A stretch of 64,000 nt of DNA from NCBI GenBank assembly GCA_963664115.2, contig CAXWPJ010000009.1, positions 1 through 64,000 on the forward strand. Reading direction: 5' to 3'. This stretch comes from Terriglobia bacterium (GTDB lineage Bacteria > Acidobacteriota > Terriglobia > 20CM-2-55-15). The stretch's first letter is position 1; every line of letters starts with the position of its first letter. The notes under the pieces were generated by a model. That model saw only the letters and a list, made by a program, of their open reading frames with translations, was not told the origin of the DNA and searched no databases. The position numbers and the translations under genes were made by a program. Shown piece by piece: positions 30,877-40,573 of this stretch.

Positions 30877-31313
30877 TGCAGCTTTATACAATTGGTTTCA
30901 CAAAGAAGAGTGCCGAAGTTTTTTTCACTAAGATGATCGAGGCGGGGGTGAAACGCGTTGTGGACGTGCGTCTGAATAACGTGTCTCAGTTAGCAGGGTT
31001 CGCTAAAAGAAACGATTTGCAGTATTTCTTGAAGAAAATCGCCTCTATCGACTATGTGCACCTAACGGACCTAGCGCCGACCAAGAAGCTGCTCGACGAA
31101 TACAAGAAACACGGTGGTGACTGGTCTGTGTACGAAGACGGTTTCATGGACTTAATGCGAAAGCGTTCAGTTGCGGACAGGTTCAGGGACTTCTTGCTCA
31201 ACGGAGACTGCCTATTATGCAGCGAAGAACTACCGGAACATTGTCACCGTCGTTTGGTTGTCGAATATCTGATGAGTAAACAGATAGAGTTGCGGGTCAG
31301 ACATATCGTTTGA
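30876..31313 (+). CDS. DUF488 family protein 2
   Basis: LYTIGFT, DVRLNN.SQL.GFAK, LAPT, LLCSEELPEHCHR. Confidence 0.88.
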   Translation: MQLYTIGFTKKSAEVFFTKMIEAGVKRVVDVRLNNVSQLAGFAKRNDLQYFLKKIASIDYVHLTDLAPTKKLLDEYKKHGGDWSVYEDGFMDLMRKRSVADRFRDFLLNGDCLLCSEELPEHCHRRLVVEYLMSKQIELRVRHIV

Positions 31314-31771
31314 ACCAGTGGCGTGTTTTCGGCGTGATCAACGAAACAAAGCTCCGTCCAGCACCCCCTCCTATTTCACTTGGTCTTATAGAAACAAGTG
31401 TCGGCGGCAATGAACTGAACGAGTTGAAACGCTCGATATTCCGAGAGATGCACGCGGGGCAGTATGCGGAGCGAGATCGGATCGTGGCTCATTTCGGGTA
31501 GACGATGTCCGGCTAACTCGCTTGAAGTGAGTTAGCCAACTCGCCTCAGTCACGGACATAGGCCCAGAATCCCTCAGCTTCGCACCTGAACGGCCATCAT
31601 GGACTCAGCTGATGAGAGACCCATCTGATGTCTAGAAACGACTCACAGCCAATTCGGATTTTCGAACGTACGTATGTTTGTTCGAGTACAATTCTGTGTA
31701 TGCCTCGAAAGTCGTTTGCAGATCGTGTCCACGACTACTGCAAACGGCGGAGTCTCCGTTGGGAGTTCATT

Positions 31772-33156
31772 GAGTTATTGTCAAAAGTGGTGTTTAGGAG
31801 ATTGATTCAAGCGGCGGCCTGATCGACTTGTGTCGCTTCGACACCATCGTTGAATTTCACTCCGATGATTACCTTGCTCAGATCATCGAATCCTCGTAAT
31901 CGTCGCCAATTGTTCTCAGCGCACTGGCCCAGTTTGAACATCATGTGCAGCATGCCATCCCGTGTCAGGCAACCTCTGGATCGCTTCGTTCGGTGTCGAA
32001 TGGTGGCAAAGGTCGACTCAATGGGATTCGTCGTTCTGATGCTCTGCCAGTGCTTGGCCGGAAAGTCGTAAAAGGCCAGCAGTTCCTCTCTGTCTTTCTG
32101 CAGGCAGAGTGTGGCTTTCGGATACTTCGGTTCATAGGTTTCAATGAACAAGTCGAATGCCTTCTCGGCGTCTGCCTTCGTCTCGGCCTGCCAGATCGAG
32201 TGCAGGGCCTGTTTCGCCTTCGCCTGGACCGACTTGGGCAGGCAGTTGAGGACGTTCATGACTTTGTGCATCCAGCAACGTTGTTGACGTGTCTCGGGAT
32301 AGATTTCCTCCAGTGCGGCCCAGAACCCCATCGCACCGTCACCGATGGCCAACTTCGGAACATTCATCCCACGGGACTTCAGCTTCAACAAGACCTCGCG
32401 CCAACTCTGTGTCGATTCCCGTACACCGTCTTCGATCGCCAGGAAACGCTTCTCTCCGCGTTCATTCACGCCGATCACGACCAATGCACACAACTTGGTT
32501 TGTTCCGCCCGAAGTCCGCTGTAGATGCCGTCGGCCCAGACATAGACCCAGCGATCTGCATCCAAACGCTCCTCGCATCCGAGGCGGTACTGTTCGCCCC
32601 AAACCTGTTTCAACCGCGATACCGTGCTCGCCGACAGACCCTGCGCCTGGGGACCGACAAGAACTTTTAGGGCCTCACCCATCTCGCCGCTGGAAACGCC
32701 TTTCAAATACAACCACGGCACCGCTGCTTCCAGCGACTTCGTCTTCCGAATGTACGGTGGTACCAGGGCCGATCGGAACGTCACAGCTTCGCCCGTCTTG
32801 GCACGGACCTTCGGGATTTGGACTGTTACCGGACCCAATCCCGTCTGCAGTTCGCGTTCCGGCAGATAACCGTTGCGTACCACCCCGGCGTTTCCTGTCT
32901 CAGTTCGCCGGCCACCGTGCTGGGATAGCAGCTCTGCCAATTCGGCTTCCACTGCGCGTTGGATCAGTTGCTGTGCCCCAACTCGTAGTAGTTCTGTTAC
33001 TGGATCCTCAATCGTTTCTCGACCTTCCGGTCCATTCACGTTACTCTTGCTCACAGTGGCGTATCTCCTATGGTTGCTTTGAAGTTTTGTCACAACAAAT
33101 CAACCAGATACGCCGCTCTTATTCAATCCCTCAAACACCAGATTCGGTTATAACTC
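31772..33156 (-). mobile_element. IS256 family insertion sequence
   Basis: Imperfect IRs GAGTTAT..TGGTGTTT..GATTGA at both ends; flanks do not match, so no target duplication. Confidence 0.85.
31807..33054 (-). CDS. IS256 family transposase
   Basis: RNGYLPER, YLKGVS, WADG, IGDGAMG, QRCWMHK, TTNPIES. Confidence 0.93.
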   Translation of the reverse strand: MSKSNVNGPEGRETIEDPVTELLRVGAQQLIQRAVEAELAELLSQHGGRRTETGNAGVVRNGYLPERELQTGLGPVTVQIPKVRAKTGEAVTFRSALVPPYIRKTKSLEAAVPWLYLKGVSSGEMGEALKVLVGPQAQGLSASTVSRLKQVWGEQYRLGCEERLDADRWVYVWADGIYSGLRAEQTKLCALVVIGVNERGEKRFLAIEDGVRESTQSWREVLLKLKSRGMNVPKLAIGDGAMGFWAALEEIYPETRQQRCWMHKVMNVLNCLPKSVQAKAKQALHSIWQAETKADAEKAFDLFIETYEPKYPKATLCLQKDREELLAFYDFPAKHWQSIRTTNPIESTFATIRHRTKRSRGCLTRDGMLHMMFKLGQCAENNWRRLRGFDDLSKVIIGVKFNDGVEATQVDQAAA

Positions 33157-33890
33157 GACAAATCGTTCCTCCCCCGGAAAATCTCGAGTGGTCCTGCGAA
33201 TGGATTCGGCGAGCCAATATTCGTAGTTCGAGGGGGTTCCGTTCAGCGCAATGAATGCCCTTGATCCGACACGCGGTGTCTGGTCCCATGACGGAACGAC
33301 AGTGCGATATACGTTGGAATGCGGGTACTCGCGATCAAGATAGGCCTCGGCCAGGGTTTCATACTCCACCACGTTGCCGTGAAAAGGAGTATAGAAATCA
33401 ATCTGTTCATTGACGTTCCCGCAGTCGTGATTATGGGGCGGGAACTGAATTCCGCTGTCAAACCCGAACCTGGCGTAATCTTCGTTCTCATTGGTAAGGG
33501 CCGCGCAAAGGTGGATTGCACCGATACCAACGCTTTCACAGTGCTCCCGCCAGACCCTCGCACTCTTTCGAGGATCCGGCAGACGCTGCGGTTCGTAAAC
33601 AATCAGGAAAGGCGCACCGTTCTGTTGGATGTAGCGAGGGTCATTAAAAAACGGGGACACACTCTTGATGAAGTCCAGGTCATCGTTCGGTAATTGCTTT
33701 TGTCCGATAAGAATTTCATCGTCAGCGCCATCCCAACGACGGGTCCAATTCTCGTTCGCCCAGCACAGGCAAAACGGCATATCGCTTGAGGGGTCATCCA
33801 ACATATCGTCAAGGGGGCGATTCAATATGCGGGTACCGGAAAACCAATAGTAGTGGTAGCAGAATCCGTCGATGCCATACTGCCTGGCAG
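33157..33890 (-). pseudogene. WbsX/GH99-like glycosyl enzyme fragment truncated at both ends
   Basis: ARQYGIDGFCYHYYWF, FCLCWANENWTRRWDG, PSWDQTPR; bounded by IS256 and an IS3 remnant. Confidence 0.8.
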
Positions 33891-34077
33891 CCCTTCCAAT
33901 ACAATCCGCACCTTTTCTTCCGACGAGTACTTCTTCCGCGTCTTTCGACGAATCTCGCGCACTCGATCTTCTGCCGACACTTTCTCTCTCATCCGATCCT
34001 CCTTGAGATCGTTTCGATCCCGAAAGTGTCTCTTAGTTTTTCAGTGAAGTCTGGACGAAATGCTCTGACGAGCTACA
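33887..34077 (-). mobile_element. IS3 family left-end remnant
   Basis: End begins TGTAGC at 34077; GGAGG RBS and ATG at 33992 give MREKVSAEDRVREIRRKTRKKYSSEEKVRIVLEGL (OrfA N-terminus), then break off. Confidence 0.8.
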
Positions 34078-34366
34078 CGTTAGCCCAAAGCGCTGCATCG
34101 GCTGTCCTGCCGAACACGGCATAGAACAGTGCCACGATAGCCTGATACAGCGGCGGGTAATATCCTGTCAGACCCAGCGCGACGGACCCCAGCGCTTCGA
34201 AAATGGAGGTCGTCCGAAAAGCCTCATAGATCCTGAGTGCAGCGCTCTGGTGACCCGCCATATCCCAGAATGGCGGTCGCGTGTCATAGGCGATCCAGAC
34301 GAGATTGGTCGCGATCAGATAGGCACCGGAAACGAACAACAGGACTCGATTTCGCATATGGCTCAA
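34078..34366 (-). pseudogene. GT-C/ArnT-like membrane glycosyltransferase N-terminal fragment cut by IS3
   Basis: TM followed by DTRPPFWDMAGH and YYPPLY; truncated exactly at the IS3 end. Confidence 0.7.
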
Positions 34367-34510
34367 TCGATTGATGATAGCAAATGAACAATGCCGCGTG
34401 ACGACTTATGGGTGACAAGAACTGCGTTCACGCTCGTGCCTTGGCCATCGTCGCGCGTCGAAGAGGGAAAGTTAGGAAGAGGAAAAAAGAGTGTGGATGG
34501 ACCGAATGTC

Positions 34511-34765
34511 CTAGCTATCAGCCTTTGGTTCGGCTTTCAGGCCTTCGGCGATCTTCTCGAGCATGTCCTTGTCCGGGATCTGGGACTCGACGGCGGAGAC
34601 GTTCTGGTTCTTGATCGCCTCGTAGATTTCGTGCCTGTAAATGGAGATGTGGGGCGGTGCTTTTATGCCAATACGAACGTTGTCGCGACCGATCCTGAGA
34701 ACCTGAATCTCGATCTCGTTCCCGATGATCAGCCGTTCGTCTTTCTTTCGCGTGACAACGAGCAT
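34511..34765 (-). CDS. csrA: Carbon storage regulator CsrA
   Basis: MLVVTRK, VRIGIKAP, IYRHEIY, with the C-terminal extension typical of FliW-regulated CsrA. Confidence 0.95.
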   Translation of the reverse strand: MLVVTRKKDERLIIGNEIEIQVLRIGRDNVRIGIKAPPHISIYRHEIYEAIKNQNVSAVESQIPDKDMLEKIAEGLKAEPKADS

Positions 34766-34937
34766 CCTTGGTCAATATCCGCCTGTGCGAAAGGCGCCTC
34801 CGGCGCCTTCGGTAATTACTACCCTCGCGGCATCATAGCCCCAAAGTACTCTGGTAGCAAGCCGTTCTTGCCCCGAACCGGCCTCTGCGTGGACCTCTGA
34901 CAGGGTGCGTCCCCCAGCCGGCGATCGGAGTTACAGG

Positions 34938-35369
34938 CTAGGATACGAGCGACTGACGAACCGAAAATTCGGAATCGGTCAGGATGATCTGCTTTCCGAT
35001 CATTTCCTTGTGGTTGACCAGCAACGGCGCCTGGAAATTGCCCGTGCTCTTCTCCGCCGTCGGGCCGAGAATTACAGTGACGAAGGCCAGTCTATCGTTT
35101 CGATCCGTGACGCCGATAGACTCCCACTCCCGCTTTGGGATCAGATGGCAATACTCGGGTACGCGGTTGGTCGGATCCAGGACCAGGAACCCTACGTCAG
35201 AAGAATCAACGGCACGCAGCAGTTGGAAGGGCGCCAGGTAGTCGTTCTCCAGCAGGTTGAAGTTTTTAAAGTCCGAATAACCAATCAATCCTTCCTCAAA
35301 ATGGATGATGGTCTCCTGACCTTGAATGTCTGACTGACTTACGTAGTCGGGTGTTTCGATAACTTTCAT
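34938..35369 (-). CDS. fliW: Flagellar assembly factor FliW
   Basis: IHFEEGLIGY, FLVLDP, TGNFQAPLLVN, GKQIIL. Confidence 0.9.
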   Translation of the reverse strand: MKVIETPDYVSQSDIQGQETIIHFEEGLIGYSDFKNFNLLENDYLAPFQLLRAVDSSDVGFLVLDPTNRVPEYCHLIPKREWESIGVTDRNDRLAFVTVILGPTAEKSTGNFQAPLLVNHKEMIGKQIILTDSEFSVRQSLVS

Positions 35370-35375
35370 GGTTTC

Positions 35376-36254
35376 CTACCTCAAGTAATCAAGCAGCGAT
35401 AGCTGCGAAATCCTGGCGCCAACCGCCAGGGTGGACTGCAAAGCACTCTGATAAGACTGAAATTCGCTAAGCGTCTCGGTGAGATCGGCCGACTCCAGGT
35501 CAACGAGATTCTTCTCTCGAGCCAAAGAGAGCGCGGTCATTTCTTGTGATGCTGAATCTGCAACGTTGATCAGACTTCCCACACGGCTACGACTCAAGGA
35601 CAAACCTTCCCATGCCGATACGATGGGCTTCAGCTTGGCATCAATGTCGCTCTTGACACCCGACTTCATCGCCGCAATCAGGTCCGTCATAGACTTAAAA
35701 ACATCATTTCCCGTACCGAAAAGTTCGCTGCCCGGGATCTGGGTTTGAAGAGTCGAAGCCCGTCCTGTCTGCACTTTGACAACGTCGGAGTTGCCCTTGT
35801 AGGTCACAACGCCTGCCGCATCCTTCTGAAACGGAGGCGTTTCCCCGTCACTTCCACCAAAAATGAACCGCCCCTGGAACGCGGCATTGGCAGACCCGAC
35901 GATCTGATCGCGTAAGCCTTCGACTTCAACACTGAAACTGTCGCTATCGATAGAACTGCCGATGGCCGACAACGCCAGGAAACGGACTCGTTCGACCATG
36001 CCCTGCAGGCTCGCCAGAGCCGTGTCAGTAAATTCAAGCCGGGACCGCCCGAATTCCACGTTCCTCGCGTATTGACTGACTTCGATCTTGTCCGCGTTGA
36101 GCCGAATAATGTCAGACACCTCACGGGGGTTATCTGAGGGCCGCAGGATCCCACGTCCGGTCGATACCTTGTTCTGTGCTTCGAGCATCTTTTCCTGAGT
36201 GCCCGCAACACTGCGCAGAAAGTCTCGCATCGCCATGCTTTCAGTAACTCTCAT
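35376..36254 (-). CDS. flgL: Hook-associated protein FlgL
   Basis: MRVTE, STG..RPSDNP, GRFIFGG, SLLDYLR. Confidence 0.92.
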   Translation of the reverse strand: MRVTESMAMRDFLRSVAGTQEKMLEAQNKVSTGRGILRPSDNPREVSDIIRLNADKIEVSQYARNVEFGRSRLEFTDTALASLQGMVERVRFLALSAIGSSIDSDSFSVEVEGLRDQIVGSANAAFQGRFIFGGSDGETPPFQKDAAGVVTYKGNSDVVKVQTGRASTLQTQIPGSELFGTGNDVFKSMTDLIAAMKSGVKSDIDAKLKPIVSAWEGLSLSRSRVGSLINVADSASQEMTALSLAREKNLVDLESADLTETLSEFQSYQSALQSTLAVGARISQLSLLDYLR

Positions 36255-37630
36255 CTGACAACCATCGACAGTATTGTCTGCAACAATTCATCAACGATCC
36301 GAATCAATGATGCGGACGCCTGATACGCCCGTTGAAACCTCAGGATGTCCATTGTTTCTTCATCCGCCGACACTCCGGATATCGAATCGCGCCGATTCCT
36401 GAGTTGATGCAGCAACGCAGCATGGTGGTCCAGCTCTCCCCCGACGTTTGTCGTGTCGTTACCGATCGTAAAAACGAGACTGCGATATTGATCGATGACC
36501 GACCCCCCGGTAAAAACCTGCTTGTGCGTCAGATTCCCGATATCGGTGGCGGCTTGGTTGTCGGTGCCGGCCACCAGTTTGGCAGCGGCGATCTTCGTCG
36601 GGTCCGTTGAAATCGCTGAGTTCAATTTGATCAGCCGGGCGGCGGAGCTGGCCGAGGCCAGGGGATCGAAGAAGTTGACACCCGTGTTTCCACTACGGTC
36701 ATAGGAAACGGAATGAATCGCATTGACCTCGGTCGTGATCTCGTATGCAAGCTGATCCAGCTTGCTGATATAGTCGGGAACAAATTTGTCGCGGATCTGC
36801 TGCTGAGCAAAGACCCGACCGGATGTCACGGTACTGCTGACATCCACTGATCCTAACTTGACTGATACAAAACCGCCGGTTGCTGATGTGTCCCACGTTA
36901 ACGGGACCGTCTGACCGTCGAACACGAACAGAGTGCTGCCTATACTGAGCCGATAGTTGCCGTCAGCCCCTTCCAACTCGTTTACACCGATGTATTGGGA
37001 CAGCTCGTTAACCAAAGCCGTGCGTTGGTTTCTGAGGCTATTGGCGTTCTGACCTCCGACCTCCTGCACCTGGATGTCCTTTGCCAGTCCCGCGATCCGC
37101 TTTGCGAGACTGTTGATGTTTTCCAGGTAACTAACGAGGTCCTTGTCAGCCACGGTCTGCATCTGTCGGAGTTGGTCGCCTCGAGTTTGAAAACTCTGCG
37201 CCAGATTCTCAGCGGCAGTCTGAACCTGCTCGCGGGCATTGATCGATGCGGGATCTAGGGCGAGATCGTGAAAAGAATTGAAAAACTCCGTGATCACCCC
37301 AAGCATTCCGGTTTCGGCAATGTCGTTAAACAGAATCTCGACATCACGAAGCTTGCTATGAAGCAAATCAGAGCTCGTTTCGCTCGAAATTTCATCTCTC
37401 AGTCTGTTCTCGAGCAGCAGGTCTCTGATCGCTTCGATCCTCACAGCTTCCACACCGGAACCGGTCAACATCATGTCGCCCTCGTTCGGAGCCGGCTGCA
37501 CGATCAGGCGCTGTCTTGCGTAACCCGGCGTCCCCTCGTTCGCGATGTTATTGGAGGCAACTGCGAGTGCCTGCGTCGCCGTCTCCATGGAGCGGAGGGC
37601 CGAATTCATAATGGATGCAACGCCAGACAT
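36251..37630 (-). CDS. flgK: Hook-associated protein FlgK
   Basis: SNNIANEGTPGYARQ, SISGVSADEE, FQRAYQASA. Confidence 0.93.
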   Translation of the reverse strand: MSGVASIMNSALRSMETATQALAVASNNIANEGTPGYARQRLIVQPAPNEGDMMLTGSGVEAVRIEAIRDLLLENRLRDEISSETSSDLLHSKLRDVEILFNDIAETGMLGVITEFFNSFHDLALDPASINAREQVQTAAENLAQSFQTRGDQLRQMQTVADKDLVSYLENINSLAKRIAGLAKDIQVQEVGGQNANSLRNQRTALVNELSQYIGVNELEGADGNYRLSIGSTLFVFDGQTVPLTWDTSATGGFVSVKLGSVDVSSTVTSGRVFAQQQIRDKFVPDYISKLDQLAYEITTEVNAIHSVSYDRSGNTGVNFFDPLASASSAARLIKLNSAISTDPTKIAAAKLVAGTDNQAATDIGNLTHKQVFTGGSVIDQYRSLVFTIGNDTTNVGGELDHHAALLHQLRNRRDSISGVSADEETMDILRFQRAYQASASLIRIVDELLQTILSMVVR

Positions 37631-37633
37631 TTC

Positions 37634-37972
37634 TTATACCTGAACGACCACACGTCGCTGCGGGGCATTCTCTGAAATACCCTCTGCGGTATAGCCTTGT
37701 TTCATTAATCTAAAGTAGGGAGAAATTGAGATGAGATTCAGGAGAAGGGCAAGATTAAGGCGAGTTTGCGCTCCGAACGCAATGACACGCTCGCGTGACA
37801 GTTCGGATTCGTCCAGCGTTCCTCGAGAAACCAGACTTGTCTGTTCGGCCGCGGCTGTTTCGAAAGAGTCCGCATCGAACTCGATCAGCGCTTCCTTTTT
37901 TACAGATTCCAGCTCAAGCAATCGCTCAAGCAGTTCGTTCCCACTGAGGGGAGTGCCAGGTTCTTCATTCAT
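37634..37972 (-). CDS. FlgN-like export chaperone
   Basis: Helical protein between flgM and flgK. Confidence 0.55.
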   Translation of the reverse strand: MNEEPGTPLSGNELLERLLELESVKKEALIEFDADSFETAAAEQTSLVSRGTLDESELSRERVIAFGAQTRLNLALLLNLISISPYFRLMKQGYTAEGISENAPQRRVVVQV

Positions 37973-38113
37973 CTCAGTTCTCTCTTCTCGTCTGTCGCGA
38001 CATATGGAGCGGTGGGTCACCCACTCTATTCCAATGCCTGCATTACCTGCCGCCAGGGGCGGCGTCACTCACTCTTTGGCTTTTCTGACTCCTGGGGCCA
38101 GCGCGATCCCCGA

Positions 38114-38422
38114 CTATTTCTTATGCGCCTCAATGATCTTGTTCGCTATGTCTTCTCCCGATACGTGATAAGTGCCGTTCTGAATCGCCTCTCGAATCTG
38201 GCTGATCCGTGCAGTGCGATCACTGCTTGATTCCCCAGCCAGCTGCGAAAGCCGGCCTATTTCTTTGGCTTTCGACGATAGGGCCACCAAGTCGTCCTGT
38301 GTGGGCTTGGGGGTCTGCTCCTTGGAGACGGGCCCGTCCTTGAGCCGCGCTTCCTGCGCCTTGTCCAAGGACAGGGGATCGTTTATCCCCTGATTGGTGC
38401 TGTGAATTCCGTCAATACTCAT
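38114..38422 (-). CDS. flgM: Anti-sigma28 factor FlgM
   Basis: DLVALSSKA, RISQIREAIQNGTYHVSGEDIANKI. Confidence 0.9.
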   Translation of the reverse strand: MSIDGIHSTNQGINDPLSLDKAQEARLKDGPVSKEQTPKPTQDDLVALSSKAKEIGRLSQLAGESSSDRTARISQIREAIQNGTYHVSGEDIANKIIEAHKK

Positions 38423-38562
38423 AACAAGCTCCTGGCAAATACTTCCGGCCGTGTTTTCGCCAACCGAGCCCCTCTCTGTGGGCCGGTTCACCGTCCATGG
38501 AAGCTCTATTTGGTCGAAACGTCCTTGTTTCAAACCCCGGGCACAATTTGCCTCTACGTAAC

Positions 38563-38590
38563 TGATCGGCAAAAGGGCCACACATCTTTA
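38563..38590 (-). promoter_or_regulatory. Sigma28 promoter for flgM and downstream genes
   Basis: TAAA-N16-GCCGATCA, same spacing as the flagellin promoter. Confidence 0.75.
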
Positions 38591-38611
38591 ACCTTTCCGG
38601 TGAGGGAATAG

Positions 38612-39328
38612 TCATTCCGTCACCTCAAAATGAACATGCGGTCCGGTAGACCGGCCGGTTGAGCCGACCTGGGCAATGACCTCGCCCTGCCGCACACGGT
38701 CACCCACCCGCACATGATTGATTAAGTTATGCGCATACAACATTTTGCGGCCATCATCAGACTCGACTACCACCGCATTCCCATAGCCACCTTTCCTACC
38801 GCTCTCGACAACACGTCCGCTGCTCACGGCCTGGATCGGCGTGCCTTTAGGCGCGGCAATGTCGGTTCCCCGGTGGTAACGGATTTCGTCCGTGATGGGA
38901 TCGCGACGCCATCCCGTCGGAGAACTCACCTTACCGTTGACAGGAAGTGCTTCGGTGAGTGTTTCCTTTGCGGCCGGAGCCAAGCGTTGAACGGCGGGTT
39001 GAACCATGGGCTGAACCACGGGTTGAACATTGGGTTCAACCTTGAGTTGAACCTGGGATGACTGATTCCGGATCGCTTGCTCCAGTTGCTCGACCAGCGG
39101 CCCTTCCAGGTCTTGTGACATGGCTATGGCCAGTTCCTGCCGCAGCATGCCTCTGTAAATCTCTGAACTTGAAGAATCTCCGTACAGACCCCCTTCGGAT
39201 TCGATACTGGATTCCATACTCTTGATCAGCACCTCCAGGAACATCGCCTGAACCTGACTGGCAACCTCCTTGGGCCCCATCTCTCCAGACTGGAGTTGGC
39301 TGGAAATGCTGCTGATATCAAAATCCAT
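38612..39328 (-). CDS. flgJ: FlgJ rod-binding domain fused to M23 peptidase
   Basis: AMFLEVLIKSM..IYRGML..ELA N-terminus; HRGTD, YAH, GSTGRSTGPHVHFEV; directly after flgI. Confidence 0.75.
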   Translation of the reverse strand: MDFDISSISSQLQSGEMGPKEVASQVQAMFLEVLIKSMESSIESEGGLYGDSSSSEIYRGMLRQELAIAMSQDLEGPLVEQLEQAIRNQSSQVQLKVEPNVQPVVQPMVQPAVQRLAPAAKETLTEALPVNGKVSSPTGWRRDPITDEIRYHRGTDIAAPKGTPIQAVSSGRVVESGRKGGYGNAVVVESDDGRKMLYAHNLINHVRVGDRVRQGEVIAQVGSTGRSTGPHVHFEVTE

Positions 39329-39439
39329 ATCCGCTCTTATTCTTTAACCACAGAGGCGGGGAGGCAGAGAGATTCGAAATGTTGATTTCCCAGTCCCCAG
39401 TGTCTGCCGCTACTGTGTATTGAAAAATTCATTTTCCTT

Positions 39440-40561
39440 CTAAATAATTTCCAGATCGGCCTGCAGCGCGCCGGCCACTTTAAGCACCTCTAAAATGGCT
39501 ATCGTGTCGCGCGGAGTCACACCGAGCGCGTTCAATGCTCCGATCAGATCTTGTACTGTGGCGCCTTCGCCCAGCGTTACGAACTCGCTAATCTCTTCTT
39601 CAGCGTTAACCTGCTGGTCGGGGACGACTACCGTTTGTCCTTGAGAAAACCCCTGGGGTTGAGACACCTCGAAATCTGTTTCAATCTGTATGCTCAGATT
39701 CCCGTGGGCGATGGACACCGGCGATATTCGGACCTCACTTCCAATTACAATGGTCCCTGTTCTCTCGTTCACGACCACTCGCGCCCGGGTATCAATCTCG
39801 ACCGAAACCGCTTCGACAGCCGCAATGAACTCGATCGGCCGACGCTGATAATCTATCGGGACCGTCAGTCGCACTGAGCGCGAATCTAATGGTTTAGCAA
39901 TTGTCCCACCAAAGGCCTGGTTGAGCGCATCAGTGACCCGCGTGGCAGTCGTAAAGTCTGCCCTGTCAAGCACCAAGTCCAGTGTTTGCACCACTTCAGG
40001 CATCCCCGTGACGACCGTCCGCTCGACTGTCGCACCGTTCGGTATGCGACCAACTGTCGGATGATTGACACTGACGCCGGTTGTGTCGTTCCCTGCAGAG
40101 AAGCCCCCGAGAACCAGTGGACCCTGGGACATGCCATAGACACTGCCATCGGGTCCGAGCAGTGGAGTCCGGAGGAGGATGCCACCCTGAAGACTGGTCG
40201 CGTCCCCGATCGAAGAAACCGTGACATCGATCCTCGATCCTGTGCGGGAAAAGGCGGGCAGTTCGGCTGTAACCATGACCGCAGCGATGTTCTCAACCCG
40301 TATTGCCGGGTTGGTCAAGGTCAAACCGAAGCGCTCCAGCATGTTGATCAGGGTCTGGTTTGTGAAAAACGTCTGCTGGCGGTCGCCCGTCTTGTTCAGA
40401 CCGATTACGAGGCCATAACCAACCAGCGAATTGCCGCGAACACCGGAGATATGGCTGATGTCCTTGAGACGCGAACCTGCCGCCTGGGCCGGACCTGCAA
40501 AACTCAGCAACAAAACGACCGCGATGGTGCGTACCCACATATGCTCACCCTTAGTTTTCAT
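39440..40561 (-). CDS. flgI: Flagellar P-ring protein
   Basis: RLKDI, LVGYGLVIGL, AAVMVTA, VVVNERTGT. Confidence 0.95.
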   Translation of the reverse strand: MKTKGEHMWVRTIAVVLLLSFAGPAQAAGSRLKDISHISGVRGNSLVGYGLVIGLNKTGDRQQTFFTNQTLINMLERFGLTLTNPAIRVENIAAVMVTAELPAFSRTGSRIDVTVSSIGDATSLQGGILLRTPLLGPDGSVYGMSQGPLVLGGFSAGNDTTGVSVNHPTVGRIPNGATVERTVVTGMPEVVQTLDLVLDRADFTTATRVTDALNQAFGGTIAKPLDSRSVRLTVPIDYQRRPIEFIAAVEAVSVEIDTRARVVVNERTGTIVIGSEVRISPVSIAHGNLSIQIETDFEVSQPQGFSQGQTVVVPDQQVNAEEEISEFVTLGEGATVQDLIGALNALGVTPRDTIAILEVLKVAGALQADLEII

Positions 40562-40573
40562 AATTAGTAGCCA

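Noticed and set aside
31310-31822. Small ORFs and the GGCTAACTC..GAGTTAGCC hairpin (31511-31537) after the DUF488 genes
   Set aside because: No recognisable motifs; the hairpin has no U-tract and no other support.
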